A stretch of DNA of 64,000 nt from Opitutales bacterium (GCA_965226885.1 CBDDEL010000015.1:544001-608000), one strand, 5' to 3'. Numbered from the stretch's first letter, positions 1-9,915 are shown. Numbers and translations: made by a program. Notes: generated from the letters alone by a model not told the origin.

Positions 1-2
1 AT

Positions 3-1151
3 TGCCACAATGTCACGGTGCGTTCCCGGGTGGTTCAGGCCGGCGCTTTGTCGGGACTTTGCATGGCTGTCTGCGGTATTTTTATAGGGCTACATGCCGC
101 CCTTGATTTGGGAGTCATACTGCAACAGATGGCGGCTGCCTTGGTGGTGGGCGCAGTAACCGGGGTCGCCGTGCTAGGCCTCCTACCGTTTTTTGAAAAC
201 CTTTTCAAGTTCACGACAAACATTTCCCTCCTCGAATTGACGGACTTCAACCACCCGCTGCTGCGTCGCATGCAGGTGTCGGCACCCGGCAGCTACCATC
301 ACAGCCTCATGGTGGCCAATCTTTCCGAAAATGCCGCCGCGGAAATAGGGGCCAATCCCCTGATTTGCAGGGTTAGTGCTCTGTTTCATGACATCGGCAA
401 AATCCAGAAACCGGAATACTTTACCGAAAACCAGCGCGAAGGGCATAATCCGCACCACCAGCGCAATCCATCCATGAGCGCCTTGGTGATCAAAAGCCAC
501 GTTAAAGAGGGGGTACAACTGGCGCGCCAATACAAGCTGCCCGAAACGATTATCGACGTCATCAAGGAGCATCACGGAACCACCCTCATTCAATATTTTT
601 ATTACAAGGCTCTGAAACAGAAAAAAGCCGGCAACACCCTCAGTATTTTTCCCGACGCGCCGCGGGTGGAAATCGATAAAGTCAACGAGAGCACTTATCG
701 CTACGACGGCCCCAAACCGCAATTCAAAGAAAGCGCAGTCATCTTTTTCGCCGATTCCATTGAAGCGGCCAGCCGCTGCCTGCCCAAAGTCACCCCCCAG
801 TCCATTGATGAACTGCTTGACCGTATTTTCCAGTCGCGTCTTGATGACGGGCAGCTATCCGAATGCGCTCTAACCTTCGAGGAGGTTGGAAAAATCAAAA
901 GAAGCTTCTGCTTCACGCTTTTAAACATGCTGCATTCGCGGGTCGAGTATCCCAGCCGTGAAGAGCAGCAAAAAGCCGTCGGCATGGCCGAGGCCAAATC
1001 CGCCAAAGCGGGAAGAAAAACCAGCCCTCAAAGAAAAAATGGCAAAGGCAAAAGCCCAGCCCTCGAACCAGCGCCCGACACATCCGAAACGGCCGCCACT
1101 CATGCCGCCCAAGAAAAAACAGCGCCCCATACTGGCAGTCAATCGGTCTGA
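3..1151 (+). CDS. 7TM-HD (HDIG) family phosphohydrolase, PgpH-like; 5' part lies outside the window
   Basis: Transmembrane segments, then APGSYHHSLMVANL, HDIGK, HHGT and ADSIEAA HD-domain motifs. Sits upstream of ybeY as is typical. Frame is open from the window edge. Confidence 0.9.
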   Translation, partial: CHNVTVRSRVVQAGALSGLCMAVCGIFIGLHAALDLGVILQQMAAALVVGAVTGVAVLGLLPFFENLFKFTTNISLLELTDFNHPLLRRMQVSAPGSYHHSLMVANLSENAAAEIGANPLICRVSALFHDIGKIQKPEYFTENQREGHNPHHQRNPSMSALVIKSHVKEGVQLARQYKLPETIIDVIKEHHGTTLIQYFYYKALKQKKAGNTLSIFPDAPRVEIDKVNESTYRYDGPKPQFKESAVIFFADSIEAASRCLPKVTPQSIDELLDRIFQSRLDDGQLSECALTFEEVGKIKRSFCFTLLNMLHSRVEYPSREEQQKAVGMAEAKSAKAGRKTSPQRKNGKGKSPALEPAPDTSETAATHAAQEKTAPHTGSQSV

Positions 1152-1578
1152 ACGACTGCAGTACCGGCTGGCGGAAATCCGGGCCCTCTTTCAATTTCTG
1201 GACAGAATCCGCCCCCATGCCGTGGCTGCCGGAGAACTGTCCATCGTCTTCATGGATGAAGGCGAGCACACAGAATTGCACCACAATTTCATGGATGATG
1301 AAACCCCCACCGATGTCATCACCTTTCCGGGCGATCTGGGCATGGAATTTGCCGGAGAAATCTGTGTATCCGTGGATTTTGCGGCATCCTCAGCCATAGA
1401 AAGGAATCTCCCCGTGGCGCGTGAACTCACACTTTATCTCGTTCACGGCTGGCTCCACCTGGCCGGTTTCGGAGACGCCACCAAAGAGGAGCGCCGCCAG
1501 ATGCGAGCCGAGGAAACCCGCCTACTAAAAGCCATCGAGGCTGCTGGCCAACAACTCCATGTCTCGGTGTCTTATTGA
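1102..1578 (+). CDS. ybeY: rRNA maturation endoribonuclease YbeY
   Basis: PTDVITF, GEICVS and HGWLHLAG motifs. ATG at 1102 chosen over the GTG at 958. Confidence 0.88.
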   Translation: MPPKKKQRPILAVNRSERLQYRLAEIRALFQFLDRIRPHAVAAGELSIVFMDEGEHTELHHNFMDDETPTDVITFPGDLGMEFAGEICVSVDFAASSAIERNLPVARELTLYLVHGWLHLAGFGDATKEERRQMRAEETRLLKAIEAAGQQLHVSVSY

Positions 1579-1691
1579 GATGCTGGTTGGGGATGGAAGA
1601 CGGCAAAATGTGCTTGTGAAGAGGAGAGTTAGATGGCATATTCGAGCATAGGGACTTTGGGCGGATTCACCGCCGAGCGGGCCTTTATGTC

Positions 1692-2417
1692 ATGATTAAA
1701 TCATTACGCAACGCTTTCATTTCCGGGCTATTGCTGCTCACTCCGGTTGCCGTCACCATACTGGTTATCAATGTCTTGGTTGATTCCATCGGCACCCCGG
1801 CCAGGGATTTGTTTTTCCCCTTCCTGAAGGACTATATGGTGGGCAATCCTTGGTTTGCCGGAACCGTCAGCATCATTTCGGCATTTATCGTTCTCATTTT
1901 GATTACCGTAGTGGGATGGTTCTCCCAGCTTTTAATCGGTCGTTACGTGGTCAGGGCAATCGAAAGATTTTTGGATAATGTTCCGTTCATCCGAACGGTT
2001 TACAACACCGTTAAGCAAATTATCGACACCTTCAGTTCCCAGAACAAAGCGGTTTTTCAAAAAGTGGTGCTGTTGCAGTTTTTTCGCGAAGACGTTTACG
2101 CTCTGGGCTTTTTGACCGGGACCGGTAAGGAGGAGATTCGGGCCAGGGTGGGCCGGGAGGTGTATAACATATTCGTCCCAACCACTCCCAATCCCACCAG
2201 CGGATTCCTCGTCATGGTGCCCAAGGAAAAAGTCATTCTCATGGATATGCCGGTTGCCGACGGCATGAAATTGATCATTTCCGGCGGCGCCGTTGTTCCC
2301 GTCTATAACAAGAAAACGGGGCAAACGGAAAATGTAGAAGTTCAGAATCCAACGGCAGCGGCCGCACCCGCAGTGGAAAGCGCCGTAAATGTTTCAACCG
2401 CCTCCGCCTCAGGCTAA
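1692..2417 (+). CDS. DUF502 family membrane protein
   Basis: Two N-terminal TM helices and the FVPTTPNPTSGF signature. Confidence 0.9.
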   Translation: MIKSLRNAFISGLLLLTPVAVTILVINVLVDSIGTPARDLFFPFLKDYMVGNPWFAGTVSIISAFIVLILITVVGWFSQLLIGRYVVRAIERFLDNVPFIRTVYNTVKQIIDTFSSQNKAVFQKVVLLQFFREDVYALGFLTGTGKEEIRARVGREVYNIFVPTTPNPTSGFLVMVPKEKVILMDMPVADGMKLIISGGAVVPVYNKKTGQTENVEVQNPTAAAAPAVESAVNVSTASASG

Positions 2418-2443
2418 GCGATTAAATAGGTATATATATAAAA

Positions 2444-3055
2444 ATGCCGAGCCGCCGGCTATCCACAGAAGGTTTTCTTTTAAGCAAGGAGGCCTCCGGT
2501 GAATCCTACCAACGTTATCAGGTATTCACTGTGGAGCATGGTTTGCTGCTTTGTCTGAAAAGGATATCCACTCGGAAAACCATAAAGGTTCAGCCGGATC
2601 TTTTCGACCGGGCCCAGTTGGAATTGGAGAAACCGCAATCGGGGGTGGCCTGGTTTCTGAGAGAATATACGGTCGTCGCGCGGCACGCCGGCATTGCCAG
2701 GAATTACAAAACTTTTCTCAGCGCTTCGGAATTTGCCGCCGCTCTGCTCAAAAACCTTTCGCATGTGGAAACTTTCGAGAAACTTTTCAGTTTGGCCGCC
2801 ATTGCTTTTGAATCCTGGGAAAAGGGTCATGATGCGGATGTGGTTCTCCTCAAATCGCTTTATCTGTTTGCCCGCCAGGAAGGTTATCCAGTCAAAGAAG
2901 ACTGGTGGCAAAATCTTTCCACCCAGGAACGCGAGCAGTCCGCCCGCATCCTCAATAAAAAAATAGAATTACTGGAAACCGGCGACCCTGCTTGCGCAGA
3001 CCTTCTGGACAATCTCAAAGGTTGGATAACACTAAGAACCGACATTCTGCTTTAA
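2444..3055 (+). CDS. recO: DNA repair protein RecO-like
   Basis: N-terminal OB-fold pattern (EGFLL...GE..VFT.EHG), about 200 aa, in the ybeY neighbourhood. Confidence 0.6.
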   Translation: MPSRRLSTEGFLLSKEASGESYQRYQVFTVEHGLLLCLKRISTRKTIKVQPDLFDRAQLELEKPQSGVAWFLREYTVVARHAGIARNYKTFLSASEFAAALLKNLSHVETFEKLFSLAAIAFESWEKGHDADVVLLKSLYLFARQEGYPVKEDWWQNLSTQEREQSARILNKKIELLETGDPACADLLDNLKGWITLRTDILL

Positions 3056-3137
3056 TTGTGGAGGTTGCCGGTGGGATTGCGCTAAGGGATTGCCAAAGCG
3101 GGCATTTTTCGGCAACATTGCCCTACTTTGTAAAGCC

Positions 3138-3986
3138 ATGAAATACTTGACCTACATTTGTCTCATGGGGCTGTTCCCAGCCCTCTATTATCCATTGTGT
3201 GCCCAAGAGGACTCCTCAGTTGAGAGTTCGGAAGAACCAGACTCTGAAGAAGGGGAAGAGAAAAAAGACCAGGGACCGATGGCCACTGGCGCCAATGCGG
3301 CCAAATTGATCGAGTATCATTTGCAGGTGTTGGGGGGGCTGGAACAAATCAAATCCATTCGCACCCTCGCTATAAAAGGCCCATTGAAAGAGGGGAAAAA
3401 CAATTTTAACATGATATGGTACCGCAAAGCCCCCAACAAATACCGGGTCGAGCAGCACTACCGGAAACTGGGCCGGGATTATCGAACCATTCGGGTTTAT
3501 GACGGGAGAGCGGCCTGGACGCAAGTGGTCAAACCGAAACCGCCTGCGGTCATGGGCAAAGCCGAAGCCAGGGATTTCGCCCTGGAAGCCGATTTTTACG
3601 GACCGTTGGTCGATCACCCGACAAAAGGCCATTTTTTTGTCTACGACAGCCAGGCCAAGGTCTATGGCAAGCCTACCCATATCGTCAAAGGCAGGCTCAA
3701 CACCGGTGCCATTGTTTACTACTATTTCGACGTCCAGGACTACCTCCTACGTCGTTACGGTTTTACCGGGAAATTCGCCTCCTCAAAGGTCAACGCCGAC
3801 TACTACCCCAAAGGGTTTCGCAAGTTCAATGGTGTGGTCATGGAACTGGGACGCGAATACGTGGCCAACAAGGGAATCTACAAGGAGGTCGATTTTGAAA
3901 GCATAAAAGTGAACGTGGAAATTTCGGATGCACTCTTCACCATGCCCAAAAGCAAGGAACTCTGGCTGCGCCAAAAGGGAAAGTGA
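3138..3986 (+). CDS. Secreted LolA-like / outer-membrane lipoprotein-sorting fold protein
   Basis: Signal peptide, LGG...I..I.T start, APNK.RVE, YDG..AW and a C-terminal VN.EI.D.LF.MP pattern. Confidence 0.65.
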   Translation: MKYLTYICLMGLFPALYYPLCAQEDSSVESSEEPDSEEGEEKKDQGPMATGANAAKLIEYHLQVLGGLEQIKSIRTLAIKGPLKEGKNNFNMIWYRKAPNKYRVEQHYRKLGRDYRTIRVYDGRAAWTQVVKPKPPAVMGKAEARDFALEADFYGPLVDHPTKGHFFVYDSQAKVYGKPTHIVKGRLNTGAIVYYYFDVQDYLLRRYGFTGKFASSKVNADYYPKGFRKFNGVVMELGREYVANKGIYKEVDFESIKVNVEISDALFTMPKSKELWLRQKGK

Positions 3987-4067
3987 TTCTTTTTGGAAAT
4001 GATGCGGGAAACAGGTGTCAGGATTTTTGCATTCTGTCTTCCATATTCTGAATTCTGTAATTAAGCC

Positions 4068-6407
4068 ATGCAGTTCAATCTTAGTGAGCGCAAGGCTTCC
4101 TTGAGTGTTCGTGAATTTGCCGAGTTCCGCATCGGCCCGACTGATGCCGGCTACGGTAGAAGCGGTCGCTGGAGAGCCGAAATCGGTCAGCGCTGGCATC
4201 GGGAAATGCAGTCCCAGGCCTTGCAGGAGAATTCCCGTGCACATTTTGAGATTTCTATTAACGGCGTTCTCAAGCACAAAAACTGGACTTTTGAACTCCA
4301 GGGGCGCATCGACCAGTTGATCGAAGAAGAACAACTTTTGCGGATTCGTGAAATCAAATCGGTCAACGCTGTGCTGCCTCAAAACGAGGAAGATTTGGAG
4401 GTCATTTATCCATCCCATTTCGTTCAGTTGGCCGCCTATTTGGCCCTTGCAGCCAAAGATCCCGCCTGGCAAAAAAAGCCTCTCGCCGGGGAACTCGTCT
4501 TTGTCGATATCGCCGATGGAATCACTCAGGAGGTAAGCATGGAGGCGGCCTCCGGAGCCAGGCTCTTCGACCAATTGGACAGGCTGCACGATTTTCTGAA
4601 GGAACGATGGCTCTCCCGCCAGCGCATTCGGGCCATGGATTTTCATAAGCCGTTTGAGGACCTACGCTCAGGCCAGGAAAACACCCAGCAAGAGCTTAAT
4701 TTCTTTCTCCATAAATCGGGACCGATTCTCTTTGAAGCGCCCACCGGTTTCGGAAAAACGGGCATGGCTTTGGAGTTTGCCTTGACCCATTTGCGAGAGG
4801 GCCTCTTCGAGCGTGTCATATACCTGACTGGCAAAGCGACGGGGCAATGGCAGGCCGTCAGCCAATTAAAGCAAATGGTCGCGCCAGCTGGCTCGGTGCA
4901 ATATTACCAGATGCGCAACCGGGCGAATCATGCTATCGCCTCGCCCCTACACACTTGTGGGGAGGGGATTAATTGCCGCCACCAATTGGAAGAGCGATGG
5001 GAGCGATCCGGCATCTCCCCGCCCCGCCTTTTCGAGAGCGGAACGGTGGAACTGGAGGACCTAAAATTGCTTGGAACCCAGACCGGCGTTTGCCCATTTG
5101 AAATTTCCAGAACCGTGCTGCCTTTTGCCGATATCTGGGTGGGCGATTATAATTATGTGTTTTCACCCCGCAATAACGGGATATTTTATGGCCAGCCCGG
5201 TTTCGACCCTGCTCGAACCCTCGTCATCGTGGACGAGGCCCACAACCTGCCGTCACGGGTGGCGGGCGCCTTTTCCTGCTTTTCATCGGGGGACACCGCC
5301 GAAGCCGTTTTGAGGGAATTGCGCTTTGCCGGATGCGCTCTTACGGTCACCCGGGCCTGGAAACATTACCTAAGTTTTTTAGAAAATCTCGAACCCGTTG
5401 AACGGCTCGACCTCCATCTCGAGTATGAACTGGGGGACACTCTCGAAGCCCTTGACCACCAGTTGCAGGGGAGCCGTTTCGATCCCGTCCTGATTTCCGC
5501 AAAAGCATGGGAGGAAATCTGGAAAATTTCTGAAATGAAAATTTTTTTGGAAAACCAGGCGCTGGAAAAACTCCTCTGGGTTCCCCGCAAGGGAAACCTC
5601 AACCTCACTTGCCTCGATGCCTCCGCCCAAATCGCGGCCACCCTGGGGGAATACCAAAAAACCCTTCTCATGTCGGCCACCCTCTCGCCCATCGATTATT
5701 TTCAAACTCGCTGCGGTCTGGAGCCCGGCAAGAGCCACCATTTACAGGCTGAAACGCCCTGGCGTGACTCAGCCTATGGCATCGCCATCGACGCCCGCGT
5801 GGACACCCGCTTCAAATCGAGAAAACGCTACTATTCGACCACCGCTGAAGCGGCCATCCTCATGCGTGAGTATTCCACGCAGCCTCTGGCCGTTTTTTTT
5901 CCTTCCTACCGCTACGCCGAAATCGTCGCCAACTACCTGGAGGCGGACCGGCCCGATTTTCGCGTCGCCTCCCAGCCACGCGGGCTCGACCTCGAAGACC
6001 AGGCCAGTTTTCTGGAAGACGCCCTGGCAACTTCCGATGTGTTGCTGCTGGTCATGGGCAGCGGATTCGCTGAAAGCGTCGATTTGCTGGGTGGCCGCGT
6101 AAGCCATGCCATGGTCGTCGGCCCCGCCCTGCCGAAGGTGAATGCAGAGCAAAATGCGCGCATGGAAGACCGCTCCCACCTCCCGCGCGAGACAGCATTC
6201 CGCCAGGTATATCAGGCGCCGGGGATGGTCAAGATCAACCAGGCGCTGGGTCGGCTGGTGAGAGCACCGGGCCAACGCGCCCATATTTTATTGCACTGCC
6301 GCAGATTTGCGGAAAATTCTTACCGCGAACTGCTGGACAAAGATTATCGCAACGCCCCAGTGCTCAAAAACACTGAATCTCTCATCAATTGGCTGGAATC
6401 CACCTAA
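4068..6407 (+). CDS. DinG/Rad3-family helicase with N-terminal PD-(D/E)XK nuclease domain
   Basis: GRID...EIKS...QLAAY nuclease motifs; EAPTGFGKT Walker A; DEAH box; SAT; QALGRLVR motif VI; Cys residues compatible with an Fe-S cluster. Confidence 0.88.
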   Translation: MQFNLSERKASLSVREFAEFRIGPTDAGYGRSGRWRAEIGQRWHREMQSQALQENSRAHFEISINGVLKHKNWTFELQGRIDQLIEEEQLLRIREIKSVNAVLPQNEEDLEVIYPSHFVQLAAYLALAAKDPAWQKKPLAGELVFVDIADGITQEVSMEAASGARLFDQLDRLHDFLKERWLSRQRIRAMDFHKPFEDLRSGQENTQQELNFFLHKSGPILFEAPTGFGKTGMALEFALTHLREGLFERVIYLTGKATGQWQAVSQLKQMVAPAGSVQYYQMRNRANHAIASPLHTCGEGINCRHQLEERWERSGISPPRLFESGTVELEDLKLLGTQTGVCPFEISRTVLPFADIWVGDYNYVFSPRNNGIFYGQPGFDPARTLVIVDEAHNLPSRVAGAFSCFSSGDTAEAVLRELRFAGCALTVTRAWKHYLSFLENLEPVERLDLHLEYELGDTLEALDHQLQGSRFDPVLISAKAWEEIWKISEMKIFLENQALEKLLWVPRKGNLNLTCLDASAQIAATLGEYQKTLLMSATLSPIDYFQTRCGLEPGKSHHLQAETPWRDSAYGIAIDARVDTRFKSRKRYYSTTAEAAILMREYSTQPLAVFFPSYRYAEIVANYLEADRPDFRVASQPRGLDLEDQASFLEDALATSDVLLLVMGSGFAESVDLLGGRVSHAMVVGPALPKVNAEQNARMEDRSHLPRETAFRQVYQAPGMVKINQALGRLVRAPGQRAHILLHCRRFAENSYRELLDKDYRNAPVLKNTESLINWLEST

Positions 6408-6741
6408 ACGGGCTGTTCCCTACCCTCCGGCCCGTAAAACAAGACCCACACCACAAGGTTGTCGGAGAAATCCTCGAACCGGTGCTCCATCCCCGCAGAA
6501 ACAAACAAAAATCACCGGGGCTAAACGGCAAACGGACCCCGCCTTTGAGAAAAAAACCCTCACCCTCAATCACAATATAAACTTCATCGCGAGTATGCGG
6601 AGTCTGCAAATCCTCGCCCCGCAGGGCATAAATCTCCACATCCAGAGAGCCATGCTCAAAAACAGTGGCAAACCGTTCCCCATCTGGCCCCGGAAGCTTC
6701 CCCAAAGCGTCCGCCACCGTAACTTTTTGCTCCTATGGCAT
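6404..6741 (-). pseudogene. Cupin-domain protein pseudogene
   Basis: ATG-CCA-TAG gives a nonsense codon at position 3. QTPHTRDEVY motif present. A 1-nt loss in the T run near 6507-6511 shifts the frame; the restored frame reads FVSAGMEHRFEDFSDNLVVWVLFYGPEG to TAG at 6404. Confidence 0.8.
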
Positions 6742-6835
6742 GCTAATAATTATTCCTTGTGAATAGCTCTTATCGATATCGAAACCAGTTTTATATTCCG
6801 TTATCCAGTGCCCGTTTATGGGATTGCCGATATTA

Positions 6836-7822
6836 TCAGGCGCAGCCGATGTCATCGGGGGACCATCGGGTAAAGGGTCGTCCAGCGACACCGGTTTTGA
6901 CCATACGGGAGCGTGCTTGCAGCCACATTTCCTTCCATTCCTCCGCATCTCTCAACTCGCTTTCGGGATTATTTTTGCTGCGGGCGATAAAGCCCGGATA
7001 CCAGGAACGACCGTTGGGTTGGCCCACCGGGTTGTAACGCAAATCGAAACTCCATCGGACGGTGTCGCTCATGTTCGGCAGGGCCGCATGCATGAGGGTT
7101 TTTTGGAAGAAAATAGCCGTGCCAGCCGGAACGGGCAGAGGTATGGATTTTTCCTCGTGCATTAAATCGGAACGAATGGCAACCAGCGCATGATTTACAC
7201 TTTGCGGGCTCGTTCGGCAATGCTGCACCAGTCCTTTTTTATGACTGCCGGGAATGGCCACCAGGCACCCATTTTCGACCGTCGCATCGGACACTGCAAC
7301 CCAGACCGAAATCACCTCGGTATGATCCGCCTCCGGGTCGATTACTCCAATATCCTGATGCCAGCCGGTGGCGGTGATTAGCGCGTTGTGCTTGTCTAAA
7401 GGGATTTTTCTTTCCGGTGGCTTGATGCGTATATGTTGGACTGCGTTACTGTAAATCTCCGGGCCAATCAGGTCCTCAACGATGTCGAGGATTCGTGGAT
7501 TACGCAAAACCCTATGAAAAACGGCCGGTCCCATATGGATTGGCGTATCTTCATCAAAATTTGGCGGAAGGCAGATATCGAGGGATTGATGAGTAACTGT
7601 CTCATTTAAAAACATGGTTGTAAACCGCTCCAGAAACGGAAGGTTTTCGCCTGAATCGAGCTCTCCTTCTGAGGATTCGTTTTTTTGGGCCTCCCGGTCA
7701 AGCACCTCCGAATATTCCGCCTCCAGCAATTTGATATCTTCCTCCGGATCCAGGATGCCTTCCACAATCAGGTAGCCATTCTGCTCGAAATGATTTAATT
7801 GAGATTCGCTTAATTGTTTCAT
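6836..7822 (-). CDS. Phytanoyl-CoA dioxygenase (PhyH) family Fe(II)/2-oxoglutarate oxygenase
   Basis: WHQD, ENGCL..IPGSH, H...PN.S...R.S.D.RY motifs. Confidence 0.92.
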   Translation of the reverse strand: MKQLSESQLNHFEQNGYLIVEGILDPEEDIKLLEAEYSEVLDREAQKNESSEGELDSGENLPFLERFTTMFLNETVTHQSLDICLPPNFDEDTPIHMGPAVFHRVLRNPRILDIVEDLIGPEIYSNAVQHIRIKPPERKIPLDKHNALITATGWHQDIGVIDPEADHTEVISVWVAVSDATVENGCLVAIPGSHKKGLVQHCRTSPQSVNHALVAIRSDLMHEEKSIPLPVPAGTAIFFQKTLMHAALPNMSDTVRWSFDLRYNPVGQPNGRSWYPGFIARSKNNPESELRDAEEWKEMWLQARSRMVKTGVAGRPFTRWSPDDIGCA

Positions 7823-7867
7823 GATTTCTGTATTTGTTTGCCTTAAATGAAATTAAAGAGCGCAACA

Positions 7868-8425
7868 TCAATCCCCAATGAGCACCAGTGTACCTTCTTC
7901 GCTATGGGTAAAGACATCAATCAGGTCGTTGTCCCTTAGGGCGATGCAGCCGCCGGTTTGGGGAGCGCCGATTCGGTTCTGGTGATTGGTGCCGTGGATG
8001 TAGATATAGCGGTTATAGGAGTCACAGCCGGATCCGCTGTTTATCCCTTTCTCCAGTCCCTTTAGCCAGAGAATCCGGGTGATAACGAGATTCTTTCGCC
8101 GCTCTTCGGGCGGGAAACCTGAAAAATGTTTGCCGGTGTACTGACGGCCAATGAAGACTCCACCATCTGGAACCCCGTGGCCGATCTTTTCTACGATTGT
8201 GTGCAATCCCATCGGAGTTCCGAATGAATTTTCTTTGCAGGAGGGAGGATTCCGGGAAGTAGAAACGGGATAAGAGGCCACTAATACATCAACATCATAG
8301 GAGAAAAAAAATAGTTTTTGCTCGCTTATAGATATGACGATAGCTTTTTTTGTGGGCTTGATTTTTTGAGCCTCACAGTATTCGATGAAGGATTTTAAAG
8401 GATTTATTACCAATGAGCCGTTCAT
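7868..8425 (-). CDS. L,D-transpeptidase (YkuD family)
   Basis: YIYIHGT...GCI catalytic motif and TP.G. Start codon uncertain (ATG 8425 or TTG 8413). Confidence 0.9.
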   Translation of the reverse strand: MNGSLVINPLKSFIEYCEAQKIKPTKKAIVISISEQKLFFFSYDVDVLVASYPVSTSRNPPSCKENSFGTPMGLHTIVEKIGHGVPDGGVFIGRQYTGKHFSGFPPEERRKNLVITRILWLKGLEKGINSGSGCDSYNRYIYIHGTNHQNRIGAPQTGGCIALRDNDLIDVFTHSEEGTLVLIGD

Positions 8426-9462
8426 ATAAAGTAGGTATTGTCGGAGCTACCGGCGCGGTTGGTCAAGAATTGATTCGACTGTTGATCGAGCGGGATTTCC
8501 CCGCCCGTGAAATATGCTTGTACTCATCAGCCCGGTCAGCCGGTTCCAGGATTGATTTTAAGGGACGCGAACTTCAAGTGCAGGAAGCCAGCGCGGAGAT
8601 TTTTACCGAACTGGATATTGCCCTATTTAGCGCCGGGGGCGAAATCACCAAAACGCTCGCCCCGCAGGCGGTTGAGCGGGGCTGCGTGGTGATCGACAAT
8701 AGTTCCGCTTTTCGCATGGAACCGGAGGTACCCCTCATTATCCCGGAAATCAATCCCCATGCGGCGAAAAATCACAAGGGCTTGATCGCCAACCCGAATT
8801 GCTCTACGGCGGTGGCCCTGATGGGTCTTTACCCGCTGCACCGGTTGTTTGGCCTGATTCGGTTTTTCGCTGCAACCTATCAAGCAGTCTCCGGCTCAGG
8901 GGCGGCCGCGATTGGTGAACTGGATAAGCAGACGCGGGATTGGGCCTCCGGCAATGCCATTGAGAGCGAGGTTTATCCGCACCAGATAGCCTTCAATCTT
9001 CTGCCCCACGTTGATATTTTTCTGGAAAACGGCTACACACGAGAAGAACTGAAAATGCGCAACGAAAGCGCCAAAATTATGGAAATTCCCGATTTACGGG
9101 CATCCTCCACCTGTGTGCGGGTGCCGGTTTTTCGCGCTCATTCCATAGCTGTCAATGCGGAATTTGAAAAACCGGTCGATATTGAGCAAGCCCGCCAAGC
9201 CATAGCTCAATCTCCTGGCAGTGAATTGGTGGACAACCCTAGCAATAACGAATACCCGATGCCCATTGACTACCAAGGTAGGGTCCCTTGCGGGATCGGC
9301 CGACTACGCAAGGACAGTGCATTTGATAATGGAATATCGTTCTGGGTAGTGGGAGACCAACTCTGGAAGGGGGCGGCCCTCAACACCATCCAGATAGCCG
9401 AATTGCTACACGAAAAAGGCCTCGTGGGGGTGGACGCCCACGCCCGGGTATCTGGCCATTAA
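8413..9462 (+). CDS. asd: Aspartate-semialdehyde dehydrogenase
   Basis: GATGAVG, DNSSAFRM, ANPNCST, TCVRVPV...H, DQLWKGAALN motifs. Confidence 0.97.
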   Translation: MSRSYKVGIVGATGAVGQELIRLLIERDFPAREICLYSSARSAGSRIDFKGRELQVQEASAEIFTELDIALFSAGGEITKTLAPQAVERGCVVIDNSSAFRMEPEVPLIIPEINPHAAKNHKGLIANPNCSTAVALMGLYPLHRLFGLIRFFAATYQAVSGSGAAAIGELDKQTRDWASGNAIESEVYPHQIAFNLLPHVDIFLENGYTREELKMRNESAKIMEIPDLRASSTCVRVPVFRAHSIAVNAEFEKPVDIEQARQAIAQSPGSELVDNPSNNEYPMPIDYQGRVPCGIGRLRKDSAFDNGISFWVVGDQLWKGAALNTIQIAELLHEKGLVGVDAHARVSGH

Positions 9463-9468
9463 CAAGTA

Positions 9469-9545
9469 GGGCTTGTAGCTCAGTTGGTTAGAGCGCCACG
9501 TTTACACCGTGGATGTCGGCGGTTCGAGTCCGTCCAAGCCCACCA
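9469..9545 (+). tRNA. tRNA-Val(TAC)
   Basis: GGGCTTG/CAAGCCC acceptor stem, CCACG-TTTACAC-CGTGG anticodon arm, GGTTCGAGTCC T-arm, encoded CCA. Confidence 0.97.
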
Positions 9546-9586
9546 TTTTCTTTACAGGTGTTCATAACCAGAAAGATATTATTTCC

Positions 9587-9626
9587 GCAGGAGTAGCTCA
9601 GTTGGCTGGAGCATCGGTTTCCTAAA
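9587..9626 (+). pseudogene. Truncated tRNA-Arg(CCT), 5' half only
   Basis: GCAGGAG-TAGCTCAGTTGG..GAGCA-TCGGT-TTCCTAA-A, then the sequence breaks off. No T-arm or acceptor 3' strand nearby. Confidence 0.8.
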
Positions 9627-9675
9627 TGATTGCTCATCAAAATTCCTTCACAAAATCACACTTTGGGGACAGCCT
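9622..9675 (+). mobile_element. Diverged right-end relic of the IS5/ISNCY-like element family
   Basis: ctaaatgattgctcatcaaaattccttcacaaaatcacactttggggacagcct aligns with the IS right end at 12216-12270 (ctaaaatgagcgcctatcaaaagccctcgcaaaaatcacccttttgggacagcct). Confidence 0.7.
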
Positions 9676-9760
9676 TTATGGTAGGCGCTGGTGATGAATT
9701 TGAGTCAATCTCATGGTGCTCGATTGCCAGTCGGTGCATAACGATTCAGAAAAAACATTT

Positions 9761-9915
9761 ATGATTGGAAAACTCTTCGATTTATCGGGTAAAATCGCCT
9801 TCATTACCGGTTCCAGCCGAGGCTTGGGATAAGTCTTCGCAGAGGGTCTGAGATCTGCCGGGGCCACCGTCATTTTGAACGGGCTCAATGAGCAGAGGTT
9901 GGGCACGGCCGTGGA
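9761..9915 (+). pseudogene. SDR (gluconate 5-dehydrogenase-like) N-terminal fragment
   Basis: Reads MIGKLFDLSGKIAFITGSSRGLG*VFAEGLRSAGATVILNG: TGxxRGLG motif with an in-frame stop, then truncated. Confidence 0.8.

Noticed and set aside
4068..6407. Type IV CRISPR-associated CasDinG or Cas4 system
   Set aside because: No cas genes or array adjacent; the context is housekeeping.
6733..6735. Stop-codon reassignment suggested by in-frame stops in the cupin, SDR and resolvase relics
   Set aside because: All three stop codons terminate intact genes normally, and these relics carry other lesions.
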